Below, piece after piece: positions 26,862 to 41,818 of a DNA stretch of 64,000 nucleotides. The DNA comes from Octopus sinensis. Taxonomy: Eukaryota. Each line of letters opens with the position of its first letter. The first letter of the stretch is position 1. The stretch covers positions 162,564,001 to 162,628,000 of the forward strand of contig NC_043000.1 in assembly GCF_006345805.1 (NCBI RefSeq). The letters are read 5' to 3'. A program made the position numbers and the translations under genes. A model generated the notes under the pieces. That model did not search any database, was not told where the DNA came from, and was given only the letters and a program-made list of their open reading frames with translations.

Positions 26862-27065
26862 GTTTGTTTGTGTTTGTACCCCACCCATCATCGCTTGGCA
26901 ACTGATATTGGTGTGTTTACGTCCCCGTAACTTACCGGTTCGGCAAAAGGAGACGATAGAATAAGGACTAAGCTTACAAAGAATAAGTTCTGAGGTCGAA
27001 TTCTTCGACTAAAAGCGGTGCTCCAGCATGGCTGCAGTCAAATGACTGAAATACGTGAAAGAATA
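26862..27065 (+). mobile_element. OR-like SINE 3' half
   Basis: CATCGCTTGGCAACTGAT..GCGGTGCTCCAGCATGGCTGCAGTCAAATGACTGAAA matches the other copies. Confidence 0.85.
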
Positions 27066-27257
27066 AACGAATACATAGGAATATTTACGCATACATACAT
27101 ACATACAAACATACATACATACACACATACATACATACATACATACAAACATACATACATACACACATACATACATAAATAGATACATACATACATACCT
27201 ACATACATATATTCATACATACATACATACATACACATACATACATACATACATACA

Positions 27258-27288
<31 letters not shown>

Positions 27289-28008
27289 GTTGTATGTGTT
27301 CGACGAATATGACACGCTCAAGGCGCGCAACAGCAAACGTTGAAAGAATTTTGATGATAATATCTAAAAAAAATTATAAAACCAGTGAAAAGATGAGAAT
27401 ATTTGACAGTTATTTGGGTGGTGAATGATCACGCGATGTTGCTTTTATGATCTATCTAACATCTCTTAGCGACAAAAATTGGTTGTTGTCAAAACTTATA
27501 ATACTTTCTTTTTCTCTGAACAACAAATCTAATTGAAAACAATATCTCGGTGATCTACGGCACATATTTTCTTAACTAAAACTGGCAGTTGTGCATGTCG
27601 GATATGCTTAACATGAAATATTTTACATATCGTACATCAATACACAAACACACACCTATATAAATAAACACATACACACACACACACACATATATATATG
27701 TATATATATAAGCACGTATATGCATGTAAATACACACATGTTTAAACATTTGCAGACACACACATACATCCATCCATACGCATATACATATACACACTGG
27801 CACACATAGGAACATATAAGCGCGCACAAGCACACACATACACAGAGACTGATAAAGAAGCTATACATGCACATATATTTGAGCAGAGGTGTTGCATGGA
27901 TACATACATACATACACACATACACACACACACACACATACATACATACATACATACATACATACATACACACATACACACACACACATACATACATACA
28001 TACATACA

Positions 28009-28039
<31 letters not shown>

Positions 28040-28575
28040 GCATACACATATTAATACATACACTGACACTCAAGTGAACAAGTTAAACTCGCCCGTACAA
28101 ATACGCACACACACACATACACACACGCACACATACAAACACGCACGCACATACCGGCAGTCATGGACATGCAATCACAGGCATACAAACCATTATCATA
28201 GACAGTCTGCAGACAGTTCGTCGACTTAGATTAAAATCAAGAGATGTCAGGAGTCATATTATCAGAAGTGAATCAATCTCCTCCACTTGTTTCGGTGGTT
28301 TTTAACTGCTAGGGTACTTTTACATGCAACCCTTTATCTAATTCCGTGACTTTTTTCCTGCCATTCCTCATTCCGATATGAGCAGAGTAGTCTTAGCGAC
28401 TGAGTTTTTCTTTTTGCTTGGACATATCTAGGTTAGAGAGGATTTCATGGTACCAATGCTCTTGCTCTTTGTTGGGTGAATGCATTGCTAATCTTGTCAT
28501 TTCCTGTTATATACATGATCTTTTTATACAGCTACATAGATGCGTATAGACACATATATCTGCATGTATACCTAA

Positions 28576-28620
<45 letters not shown>

Positions 28621-28638
28621 ACATGTATGTATATATAT

Positions 28639-28671
<33 letters not shown>

Positions 28672-28745
28672 CATACATGTATATATATATATATATATTA
28701 TATTATATATATATATTATATATATAGATACATGTATGTATATAG

Positions 28746-28791
<46 letters not shown>

Positions 28792-28803
28792 GATACATAT
28801 ATG

Positions 28804-28872
<69 letters not shown>

Positions 28873-29070
28873 GAGCGGGATATAAGTACTAGCAATACGG
28901 AATCGTAACATATAATTGCCAACCAAGTGTGGTATCCTATACAGGACAGTGCTACTGACGTTTATAGCCTACAGGAAAACATCTCTTCCAGTTGGTTAAT
29001 GACTCACATTCTGAGTGCAATTAGTATTTGCGACGAGAGCTCATCGCTCCCATGTATAGCCTTACGAGAT

Positions 29071-29118
29071 ACACACGGACTCGAGTTTCTGCGGTGGTTA
29101 CCCGTCCTCAGCGTGTGT
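29071..29118 (-). ncRNA. Type I hammerhead ribozyme motif, near-intact
   Basis: ACACACG-CUGAGGA-CGGGUAACCACCG-CA-GAAA-CUCGAGU-C-CGUGUGU: perfect 7-bp stem I, palindromic ACUCGAGU stem III, GUC triplet. Stem II has 2 extra nt before GAAA. Confidence 0.75.
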
Positions 29119-29264
29119 TAATCACGATCTAGTGATGAGCCCATCCAGCTTGACGTTTTTGCGTTTTTACAAATTTGTTTGCGTTTATTCATTCGTGAAC
29201 TGGATGGGCCTGTAACAACAAACCAGCCGACACAAAAAATCTCTAATGAGACTTCTTTATCAAT

Positions 29265-29307
29265 GTACCTGAAGAGACGCAGACCGATGGGTCGGAATAT
29301 GTTGTAC
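29265..29307 (+). ncRNA. Degenerate type I hammerhead motif
   Basis: GUAC-CUGAAGA-GAC..GUC-GGAA-UAUGUU-GUAC, then AATAAA. GAAA has mutated to GGAA. Confidence 0.5.
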
Positions 29308-29650
29308 CTAATAAAAGTTTTACACGAAATCCATCACCTACTATTAATTAATACTATATATATATATATATGTATAAGTATTTACGGAACATTTTATATA
29401 TTTTATGTTTATGTTTTCCAGTTTCAGCTCTTGAGCTGTGGCCATGCTGGGGCACCGCCATATATATATATATTCTATTCAAATTAACGAGTAAAATTAA
29501 CCGACAACAACAGGATGTGCGCAAAAAATATATTAGCTTGTATTAGGTGAAAAAACAAGTTTGAAATATGCGAATGTTCTGTATATATACGCATGCAGGC
29601 ATGTATGTGTTTATGTATGAATGTAGAATGTATGTATTTATGTACGTATG

Positions 29651-30066
29651 TATTTCTTTACTACCCACAAGGGACTAAACACAGACGATACAAACAAAGA
29701 TAGACAAACGGATTAAGTCGATTACATCGACCCCAGTGCGTAACTGGTACTTAATTTATCGACCCCAAAAGGATGAAAGGCAAAGTCGACCTCAGCGGAA
29801 TTTGAACTCAGAACGTAAAGACAGATGAAATACCTATTTCTTTACTACCCACAAGGGGCTAAACACAGAGGATACAAACAAGGATAGACAAACGGATTAA
29901 GTCGATTACATCGACCCCAGTGCGTAACTGGTACTTAATTTATCGACCCCAAAAGGATGAAAGGCAAAGTCGACCTCGGCGGAATTTGAACTCAGAACGT
30001 AACGGCAGACGAAATACGGCTACGTATTTCGCCCGGCGTGCTAACGCTTCTGTCAGATCGCCGCCT
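29651..30066 (-). mobile_element. OK-like SINE with tandem duplication of its 184-bp 3' part
   Basis: TATTTCTTTACTACCCACAAGG..GAACTCAGAACGTAA at 29651 and 29835; single head ending CCGCC at ~30065. Confidence 0.9.
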
Positions 30067-31404
30067 TTATGTACGTTTATGTACGTATGTATGCACGCAT
30101 GCATGCATGCATAAATGCAAGCATATCACTGTAGAAAAATAACCAAAATAAAGGTTGATTTTTGGTTGGTTGTTAGACTGGTTGTTTGATTCTTCCAGTC
30201 ACACTTAACATCGTATGGAGAGATGGGAGAGAGAGAGAGAGTCAGTGTAAAAGAGAGATGCAAGAAAGCGAGAAAGAGAGAGAAAGAAAGAGAGATGGTG
30301 GATATGTGTTTGTGTGTTTGCGTGCGTTTCTTTGCTTTTGTGTGAATCTCCTATATATGTAATCAACACAGAGTAATTTGTAATTATTGTATAATGCTCC
30401 GTTTAACTTATATTTTAAGGCAATGCCTGTTTCTCTTCCCAAAACTTGTGTACATTTCATCGTTCATAAGTATTTACGAAACATTATATACGTGTATGGT
30501 GCATAAGCAACGAGGAATCTGATAAAAAAAGAGACTCTTCATATTACCGATGCTGGCAGAATTATACTTTCATGTGTCTAACACACCAGTACATACACAG
30601 ACACAATCACAGACACACACACACACACGCATATATATATATACGTGTGTGTGATTGTGTTCATATATGCATACATACATACATACCAACGCATGCACAT
30701 TTATATATATGTATATATATATACGCGTATATGTATAAGGATGCATACATACACATACATACATACATACATACACACATACATATATACATTAGTACAT
30801 ACATATGTACATACGTTTTCTAACTATTCCTGGGGAAAAAAAGAAACAATTATCTGAATAGTTTACCGAAGCTTAAGCTCTGACTAGTCATTAATCGACC
30901 TAATGTGCTACATATCTACGTAATTAGAAACAGCTCCCATATATTAATTTAGAATACATACAAACATCTGTCTATGCGTGTGTGCGCGTGTGTGGGTGGG
31001 TGTTTGTGTTTGTGTGTGTGTGTGATGCGCTGCGATTTAAAAACACTGTCGAATGGTAATTGCTTCTCAGTGTACGCCTGTGCGTCACAGTTTCAATCTT
31101 TGCTCGCAGCAATTTTATTTTAATTGGTATTTCTGTTTCTTCTCAATTATGTCGAGAAGAAATTTAAACCCTCTCCTTTTCTAGCAATTAATATCTAGCG
31201 ATTGATAAGAATTTCGTGTCGCGTCCATATGTACAGGCATTCATGCATACATGAAAACGCACGCTGGATTTGCCAAGACTTTGTAAATTAAATTCAGCCG
31301 AGAATACAGTATGATTAATCCTAATCCCATGTGAGTGAGTGTGTGTGTGTGTGTGTGAATGTATATATATATATTATTTAAAACCAGCAGAAATAAAACA
31401 AAAG

Positions 31405-31442
31405 CTGTTACTCAGAGTTTCATGTTCCCGTTCGTCGAACAG
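31405..31442 (-). ncRNA. Degenerate type I hammerhead motif
   Basis: CUGU-UCGACGA-ACGGGAACAU-GAAA-CUCUGAGU-A-ACAG: stems I and III intact, core and stem II decayed. Confidence 0.45.
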
Positions 31443-32338
31443 TTTTGTTAAAATAGAATAGATGCACCTTTAAAAATGGATTTGTTTCACTGGTCCTTTC
31501 AATTAACGGTCTTAAGCATGCAATGGACAAAATAAACAAAATAAATGAATTCAATATAAATTCATCCTATTATAAAAATCGAGGAAAACCTTAAATCGAA
31601 GAGCGGGTTCAAAATACATATTGTAAATAATTATATACGAAATATAATTCAATTAATGCATTAAAAATTAAAATTAAAATTTTCTCGCTACCTTACAACA
31701 GTATATACGCATACAACAGTATATTCGCATACTAAACAATCAATATACATATATACATCTAAATACACACATGGATGTACACAGATTACATACATATAGA
31801 GACAGATATATGTAAGACGTAATTATACACTCAAATATACATATACACATGTATACATATGTACGCAATCATGCTCGCATGCAAAAATCACTGGGTGTAT
31901 ACATATAGTATTTATAACCGACAAACTAGATAAGAAGTAAATTTGTCTGTTATAACTTCTATATGTATACTCCAAGTGACTTTTGCATGCGAGCATGATT
32001 GCGTACTCTTTTCCACCTTGTTTCATATTTATGTGCTTACACCGAAATATATATATTATATATATATATTATATATATACATATATATATATGTATGTGT
32101 GTGTGTGTGTGTGTTCTTGAGAAAGACACTTTAGTTCACTCAGCTGTAGAAATGAGTTGCAACGTCACTGGTGCCAAACTTTATCGGCCTTTGCCATTCC
32201 CTGGATAACTTCGGAGTGGGGAGACTAGAATGCATGGGTTACAGCTGGTCTTCTATAAACGACCTTTCTCAGACTTGTAACCTAAGGGAACTTACAGGTG
32301 GAATCTCATGGTCATTGCTGACCGAAGGGTGTCTTTAC

Positions 32339-32402
<64 letters not shown>

Positions 32403-34329
32403 GTGTGTGTTGTGTGTGTGTGTGGTGTGTGTGTGTGTGTGTGTGTGTAGCACAGTATATTGTGATGTCATAAGAATTTATAATCTTCGAGAGAAAAGAG
32501 AGAAAAGGAAATATTTCTTTTTTTGGAACGGTGAAATTCGAAGCAGATAAAGCTATAAATACAGGCGTGCAAATATTGCATTAAAAACCCTTTGGACAGA
32601 AAAAGTCGATGGCTGCTCGTGTGAATCGAACTCACATTTTTTGTAAACATGACATTCGTTCTAGTGTTGTACCAAAATATACTTTTGAATTTCTCTAACC
32701 ATGTTATAAACTTTATGCTTCCCCGAGAATTATACATATGTATATTATATAAATTCATAAAAATACCTACCGAATCCTTTGACAAACCTTTGACAATACG
32801 GTTTGATTACAGGTAGCAGGTTGACTATTTTGTATTCTTCCTTCCTGGAACTACAGCCTCTGGCAATTGTGCCTGCTACTTTAGTTACTGAAATGAAAAT
32901 CTTACAAAGATTTAGTTAACCATTGTAATGATGGTAACTGAAAGAACAATGAAAGTCTGAGACGCAACAAATGTCTTTGAACAATATACAAAGGAGACGG
33001 TTTGTCTGAATTGCTGTTTATTTTGGTACTAAATCGACTCTCATCTCTCTTTAAGATTTCCTTCGCTTAGTTTAGAATTTACATCGTAATACACAAATGC
33101 AACCCATCATTTCTCTTTCGACTGCCTAAGATCTATACCGACATATTTACACTACCGTGGAACAGCTGGAATTAATAGCATATTCTGCTGATATACGGAT
33201 GTAAGAAGTGTTGACAATTGATAGTTGAACGAGGAAAAACACTACCCAGTTCACAACTTTTTATTCTAATGATGTCTCAGTCCTCATATTTTCACAAATG
33301 TTAACTACAGATGCCTAGAGAAAAGATTAAATCTATCTAGAGATGATATGATAAAAAATAAAATGATCAATAAATTTTATAAAATACTTTATACAAACGG
33401 CAGCCGGAGCTTTTATTTTATAGCAATAAAAGTTGGGTATAACCTTCTGTCTGCAACAATTTATTTTTATATAGGAAGGGCTGCTGTACGGCATATATAG
33501 AATAAATTTATGGTGTTCAGTACAAAATAGTTTATTTTATCCAAATGTCTCATCGTAGTCTTTAGCAATATAATCACAACGACCGACAGTTGTTTTGGAA
33601 CAGAAAACAGAAATGATGCAATATTACAAAGACTAGTTTCTAGTGGATGTTAATATTTTCTTCGTAGTGAATGAGAAAACGAGAATTTGTAAACAACTGC
33701 GCCAAAACCTACAACTTATCTTCCAGAATAATTGATTCACATTTGTACCCACTATCATTGGCACACTTCATTATAATAATAAATGTTGAAGATTTTAATC
33801 AACAAAAGTTGGAGTTTGCCGCCAAGTGACCAGTTGTCATGCACGCTGGACTCATATAAAATTTTAATAAAACTTAGTATATAACTATGTCCACTTATCT
33901 AAATTTTAGCGATGGAACTTCGTTTCTTAGTCTTTCTTTATATATACATATTTCTTCACTCATACATGCCTGCAAGCATACATACAAAATTGTTAACACA
34001 AAATAAAAGACTCTCTTGCAAACGTGATAGACACATTACATCTCAGCTAGAATACTACATCTGGTAAAAGAGAGTACGGCGAAATATCTGATCAACAAGA
34101 GAAGTAAGAATTCTTCTAAACTTCCACTTGCGATAGAAAATGTTAATTTTGAACTACTAGTGTCGAAAATATCCACATCACCAGCCTATGTTCACAAGGT
34201 ACTGCCTTCACATGAAATGCCACTTCGTAGTTAACGCTACTTTCAATGTTATACTTATGAACGAAAGTGTAAGAAGCCTCGAAACCGTATTGTCAGGGGA
34301 TGAAGTCAAAATCACAGCATAACAACATC

Positions 34330-35780
34330 TTGTTCATATGGGGGGCTGAATTATGGACCAGTAAGCAGCCAGACATCACGTGATAAATATTTCTAGATCC
34401 TTCTGTAATGTCCTTGTACAAGTCTTATAAATAGGAAAGATTTTAGCGCCAACCTTGCAGTGTGTCGAAGACGAACAAGCGTAATGTCAACACTCTTGCC
34501 AAGCTTATTTGCGTAGAGGCCAACCCGATTTATTTTCCCACATCTCACCTCTTGCTTTGGTGTGCGCAACTCGCAGTTCAGCTTCACCCACCCACTTGCC
34601 GTTATAATAGTCGTTTTCACGTTTCCTAGTCAACATTGGTATATCGTTATAGTTGACCGATATTAACCCGATGTGTACACTTTCTCCTATCTTAGCAAGC
34701 TTAAGTACAGAGCGTTTGTAAATCAACTATTTGTGAATGCTACAGATTCCTCATTTCCCTTGTGTTGACTTGTCGCAGCTTTCTAATTTATTCATGACCA
34801 GCCGGAAACTTACATGTACGATGAAATAGTAGTTACTGTTAAATGCTCGTGAGGCGTTATTGTATCATTTACACGCAGCCGCAGACAAACTCCTTTTGTG
34901 ACAAAGGTATTGATGACCACCAAAGGCTCACCAGAAATAATGTACTGGCAGAGCACTTCAATAAAGTCAACAGCCAGGCCTAAACACAATTGAACTGATA
35001 TTGTATTATGGGGCAGGGAACAACAGCCATATACATTTCTACTGACCAACCGTTCCTGAAATGCTGTAGTTTTAGTTCTCAATGTTTGTAGCTGAAACCT
35101 ACGAGATGGGCATGGACAGAATCGTTTAATAATCGATCTAATCCATTAGAAACGTAAAATCAAAGTAACTAGAGCTAAACCACTACAGGCTTCATTTTTG
35201 ACAAAATCTGATCAAGAATCTTACTAAGTCCAAGGTTACAAGTAAGGACTTCATTTAAATCACTTGATACTAAGATTTGACAATGTGTAGATGTAACCGT
35301 AAACAGCCAGTTGGCATAAGTAAAATATATATTCACTCTATGGAACAGGGTTGCACATAGGCTTGAATGGGTAAAAAGAATTCCCGGGAAGCTGGATACA
35401 GAAGGAAACGACACCGCGTACAAATTAGAAATTTGAATCTTTACGAAGTACGCCTGTCTCTCCTGGAATTAAATAGAATGCTCAACTAATTCAGTGCAAT
35501 CCAAAAGAAAGCTGTCACTCTCAGGGTAGGTGATGTTAACTCTACGAATAGCTCATCGTCGTCCATCTCCGTCACAAGTGATTGTTTGATGTACTAGCAG
35601 TGCTCAATACAATAAACAAGCCACGGCCCATGATAATTTAGGGAAACTCGCTGTTTTCTGAAGTCTGATTCATTTGTTCTGTAACCTCAACAGCACAAGG
35701 TGTTAAGGTGTCAGATTTCTTCTCTCAGCTATTACTGTAAAAAGAAACGTTCAAGCTGAAGGTAATATGCCACTAAAATG
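34330..35780 (-). mobile_element. Highly decayed LINE remnant, possibly RT plus RNase H (I/Ingi-like)
   Basis: Weak similarity only: SLPHNTISVQLCLGLAVDFI..YIISGEPL (RNase H-like), DITLVRLRHTARL (C-terminal LR.GH-like), SFPGILFTHS (FLG..FDS-like). Many stops. Confidence 0.35.
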
Positions 35781-36376
35781 CAGTGAAGCAGTAATTTAAA
35801 CGTTTGAAGCCTATTTTAGCAGAAATACCTATCTATTGTATTGAAATGCATGCAATAAGGTTTAAAAGATTTCAGTAATTTTCGTGTAATATTAGTTCAG
35901 TAAACCAATTAAACAAGTAAAAATGAGGTAGCTGAAAAAAACAATTGAATTTAAGGAACGAAAGATGAAAAATGGTAGCCATAATTTTTTCTCAATTAAA
36001 ATGTCAGATATAAAATGTAAAAAGAAAGTATGGATGGATTAGATACCTAATACAAGAAAAATATGCTTCACTGAATTCTCAGTATAAAACGAAACATATC
36101 TTAATAGACGAATCTTGGCAAAATGGCTTGACTTAAATATTCAATTTATCATACAGTGCACCGAATTATAAATGAGACATTTTGGCTAAAGTTATCTATG
36201 TATGTATCTACGTACATGTTGGCCATCTACGTAGATGGCCAACTGACTGGCTGGCTGGCTGGTTGGTGATATACATGAATTTAAATATGCGTCTGTGCAT
36301 GCATGAAAGTATGTATTTATCCCTCACTCTTTATGGGTGAAAGAGTGTGTGCGTGTGCGTGTGTGTGTGTGTTTAT

Positions 36377-36429
<53 letters not shown>

Positions 36430-36474
36430 AAAGTCAATCAGGATATGCACCGAATTAAATCTGGCAGGCATTTG

Positions 36475-36513
<39 letters not shown>

Positions 36514-37227
36514 TCAAATAAATATGTACAAACATCCGCGCGCGCATACGTACGCGCGCGCACACACACACACACACACATTCACGTACGTACACATACA
36601 CACATTATATACATATGCAAACATGCCTTATTCTAGAAAGAATGCTCATAAATTAAACGAAGAAATATACATACATACGAAAACATTCAGTGTGCATGCA
36701 TATCTATTTAGTGGGCTTCTGTATGCGTAAGAGCTGCATGCACTTTTTTATGCCACATTGTATCAGTGCGCATATCTTATATTTGCGCATGCGTGAAATA
36801 TGAATTCTGATTCGCTTTCATACGTTGTATATTTAAAATTTTTCTTCTACACTTTATTAAGCCTTTCCTAGCGCTTAACTGTTTGCGATGATTTGTTTAT
36901 CTTCCATTTTGTATTTTATTTTGCATTTGGTAAATCACTTGGAAAATCTTTCCTAAATTGCTTCTATTTCTATTACAGTTCGTTATTTTGCTTATCTCCC
37001 ATCAGTTCCCTGTTATAATAATCATATATAAACCGTAAATGTTTTACTTACCAACAATCTTTCCATGTCATATTTTGATTGAAGCATACTGCATACACAG
37101 CACTGCATAAGTATACGTTTGCATATGCATATACATGCAGGGAACTATACATGCACAAGCATGTACGCAACATGTATTCATGTATTTATATACATACACA
37201 CACACACACACACACACATACATATAC

Positions 37228-37280
<53 letters not shown>

Positions 37281-38136
37281 ATATACATACATACATATAT
37301 ATATATATACATACATGCATACATGTTGCGTATATGCTTGCTTGTATATTTCAGAAAAATATACTTGTGTAGTGTGTGTATGTGTGTACATATATATACA
37401 TGTATATTCGTGTGTGTGTGTGTAAACGAAGTCAGGGATAACGAAGAATACAGAAAGGCGCCATCTTTTTATTCTTGTGCTCTAATTGAAGCCGACAGAA
37501 ATCTATATATTCATCCATCCATCCATATATATATATACACCCATACATACATGCATGCATACATACATACATTCATACATATATACATACATACATACAT
37601 ACATACATACATACATACAGACATGCAGACGAGCACACATACAGACGCAAACACACACCCGTACACGCACACAAATGTACTAACTTTACTATAATATATC
37701 TTTTCATATATTCAGATTTAATTCTTTCCAGAGCAATAGAATATGCTTTCAAGTGTCAAGAGTTTTTACATTCTAAATTTGCTCTCAGATTTTTTGCATA
37801 TTTTCGATCGGGTGCAAATGAATGTGGAGCGTCAGAACGATGAAAGTTGTCACCTCCTGCCTTTGTTTCAGCTCATTCACTGTCTTTTCTCTCCCCTTCT
37901 TTATGATTGAATCCTTTCTTAGTCTTTATCTTTCTCTTCATTTCTCCCTATGTATACTCTTGAAGTTACACGCACATCTATATGAATATATACAATATAT
38001 ATAATGTGTAGTATATACAATATGTATGCCTGTATATATATACAAACCTATTTTCATACATGTACAGATGCATACATACACAACCACACACGCACACACA
38101 AATACACACACGCAGAAAATCACACATATGTATATA

Positions 38137-39008
38137 CAGGATGCGGTGAATAGATTGTCGTGTAAATTACGCAAAAATGATAATAACATTGAGATCTCAT
38201 TTTAACAGATATATTTACCAAAATTTCATAAAATTATCTTGAAATACTAAATAAATAGATTTATGCAATAAAATCGCCATTGGTTTCAACCAATGGCGAC
38301 TTCGGATTTTCCTGCAACTCTTCTGGACGGCCTCCTTGTTGAATTTGGTGAATGCTGCCATAATTCATGTTTTCAGTACTCCTTTGGTGTCACAAAGAGT
38401 TTTGTTGGTCTCTCGCTCCACTGCGCCCCACATAATATATTCAGAACGATTGAAATATGGAGAGTTTGATGGCCAGACGTTATGGATGATGTGATAGCAG
38501 AAATTGTCTGACAGCCATGACTGGGCTCTCCTGCTTGTGTAGAGTCCTGATGCTAGGTATAGGTTCTTCCAGCAGTCACCCTCTTGACCCAAGACAGCAC
38601 TATCTCCTCCAGGCACTTGATATAGGCTTCCGTGTTGATTCTGAGGCCGTGTGGGAAGATGAATGGAGTCATAACGTCGCCATCACTACTGATCACTCGA
38701 AACAGCATGATGCTGACTGGATGTTTGATTTTTATCACTCTCGGTACATGCCCTCAGATTGCGCTATCCTCTGATTGACACCCAAACACTCTGAAATGTT
38801 CGTATTGGAACTTCCGGCATGAATTCCAAGTAGTACCGCATGTCGTTTCCAAATTTCTGGCAGAGAAGATTGCGTCATGGTGCTGTTTTTCTCACAAAAG
38901 GTGCCCATCTGCCCTTACTATACTGTGTAATCGACAAATTCAAAAACAAACTATGCGCATATGCGAAATTAAAATATACTATGACGTCAATTTACCCATC
39001 GCACCTTG
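38137..39008 (-). mobile_element. Tc1/mariner (maT/DD37D-like) deletion derivative, copy 2
   Basis: Imperfect TIRs (CAGGATGCGGTGAATAGATTGTCG vs CAAGGTGCGATGGGTAAATTGACG) with TA flanks. ORFs KHPVSIMLFRVISSDGDVMTPFIF and WPSNSP..WGAVERETNK. Confidence 0.9.
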
Positions 39009-39138
39009 TATATAATTTTAGCTGGAGTTTATATATGAGTACGTATGCCTATGTATACATATTATATATATGAATGCATGTATCTAACTATCTACATGTA
39101 CACACACACATACATACATACATACATACGTACATACA

Positions 39139-39174
<36 letters not shown>

Positions 39175-39196
39175 GAGATAGATCGATCGATCGATC

Positions 39197-39230
<34 letters not shown>

Positions 39231-40993
39231 CATGTATATGTATATACATTAATGCAAATATACATTCAAAAGAATTACAATAAACACAATATATATTACT
39301 AATATTTGTTACTGCATGAAGGTTTTTTGAAATAAGCATTGGATTTCCTAGAGTAATTGGATATTTAAACACAGCGGATCATCAGGGAGCACTTTATTGC
39401 ATTATGCTACAGTTAATTAATATCTTGCGCTGGGTAGCAAGAATTTTATATGTATTTTGAGAGGAAAGTAGAAAGAAAACAGATGATGGGAAAAGATTAA
39501 CAGGGACGAATAAACGAGAGAAAAAGCGGTGGGGGGAGTGAGAGAAAGTGAAAAAGGAAAAGAGTGACAAGGGCAAAATATAGATCAAAGGGAGACAAAA
39601 GGAATAGAGAGGGAAAAAGAAAAGGGACAAACGGGAAGAAAAAGCAGCATTAAGTAAAGACAGTTACAAGATGAGAAAGGAAGACCAAAAGAAAAAAGGG
39701 GAAAACGAAAGAAAGAAAGTTGGACAACCCAAAATGGGATAAACATACAAATACAAATAAAAGTCGCACAGATGAAAAATATAACAGTTAAGATTGAGAA
39801 GCAAGGAAGATAGAAACAAGGAAATAATATGTCAGTCATGCAACAAATGCGATGGTAAAGCGTGGAAACATCAACAATAGCGAATTTGTGCAATGAAATT
39901 AAGTACAGCATACAAAGAAACAGAAGCGAAACCCATGTTTTGGGTTTCACTGCTATGAAAGCGAAGGAAAATGAATAAGGGTGAAAAAAGAAATATATAT
40001 ATAATTATGACATCTATTTACACTTAGCCTGCAACTAAACACATGTTGTTAATTAGGTATCGGCTCCTTTTCTTTTCCTTTATCATTTCTTTCAACTCTT
40101 GTCCTTCTTTTTATAGCATCATAAATAACATCACCTGAAAAAAATTACAATCGTCTCTGTTTCTTTCGTTGCTGTATTTGTTTTAATTGCACGTATTTTT
40201 GTATTGCTCTTGTTTAGTTTCACATTTCTGCGGTTTTTTCTAGTCTGTTTTTTTTCTTTCATTAGGTATGCATTTCTCATGTGTAGTTCATTGACAACTA
40301 ACTATTCGTTTTTGACCTAATACATCTATCTTTGTTTCAATTTTCAGCCTGATAATATGCTAACTCATTTTCTTCTCTTTCTAGATATCTTGGCTCATTT
40401 CCCATTATGAATCATATTTCATATATCTACTACATAGGTTATATATATATATATTATATCACACCTTGATATTGTTGGACTGAGATTCCCATAGACTGAC
40501 CCCTTATATCAAATGAAGTGTTCGCGTTTACGGCATGCAAATTAGTAGCTCCAGTTTTCTGTAGCTACTGGCATTGTTGAATATATAAACAGATTGGCTG
40601 CTTGTTTCTGTGGTCGGTGGAAATCATGTAGATGCCTCTGATGGGAACCCAATAAGGTTAGAAAATTGATTAAAGCTGTTCGTTTTTTTTTTGTATATAT
40701 TATTCTACGGAGAAATAGCTAAATTAACCCTGTTTGTATATCTACTATGCAGGTTATACATACATAAGATGCGGTACTGAAAATTTGCTGGCTTTAGGTA
40801 AAAGAAAATGCAGGTAGATCAGTTAATTATGATTTTATTCAACGTATTCCGCTTCTAGATTCATAAACTTATTGCAGCGGTCCCTCAGTTTTTCTAAGCC
40901 CTGTAAAAGAACTCAAAAGTTTGGACTTCGAACCAGGCCTTTCGCGATATCCTTAAAACCAGGGAGTTTTCAGCACCACCACCCCGTACATGT

Positions 40994-41072
<79 letters not shown>

Positions 41073-41737
41073 TATATGGGTACAGGACGTCACCAACGGT
41101 AAACAACATGAAATACGAAAATAAATGCGTCCAATGCGCAAACAACGAGAGAAACAAATGGAAAAGAAGACAAGTAACACAATGATCGATCCTTCATCAG
41201 TTGTCGGCTCCCTATCTACTCCTCATTTCGAGCACTGAACGACAATATGAGTCTTCGAAGACAGTTGGGCTCATAAGTACCAAAATAAAATTTGGGATTT
41301 ATGGAGGGTCAAAGTTTGGAACAAAAACAGGACAGTGGGAACATACGTGGAAATCGAACTAAACCAAACATGGAGGGTCGTTAGACCAAAACGAGGGTAA
41401 AATAGCGAACGCTAGAGATATATTTTCTTTGACAAGAGAAAAGATAGAAGAGAGAGATATAGGATACTCCAGTCCTTAGGGCAGCCCTGAAAGAAGAGAG
41501 AGATGATCTGGTGAGGAAAAGAATGATGGACGATGGTCACATGTGAGCAACGAGAGAGAGAAAAGGAGAAAGAGGGGGAGAGACACATAGAAAACGGTGA
41601 AGTGAATTAGAGAAAGGATGAGAAAGAAAACGATAGGGGAGAAGCAGTATAGAGTAGAGTCGCGTCAAAAAGATTAAGGTAAACTTACTTGGAAATGGAT
41701 GCGTTGTGTTCAATCAAATAATAATATAAATAATATA

Positions 41738-41818
<81 letters not shown>

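Noticed and set aside
29132-29215. Box C-like GTGATGA plus 10-bp stem as a C/D snoRNA or third HHR
   Set aside because: Stem lies inside rather than outside box C, no box D, no GAAA; kept only as part of the cassette finding.
40480-40600. ATGCAAAT octamer plus TATATAAA as an snRNA-type promoter
   Set aside because: Spacing (~45 bp) does not fit DSE-PSE-TATA, no recognisable RNA downstream; both motifs are common in AT-rich DNA.
41190-41560. CTGATGAAGG on the minus strand with a possible GIY-YIG tail
   Set aside because: No stem II/GAAA half; protein similarity too weak to call.
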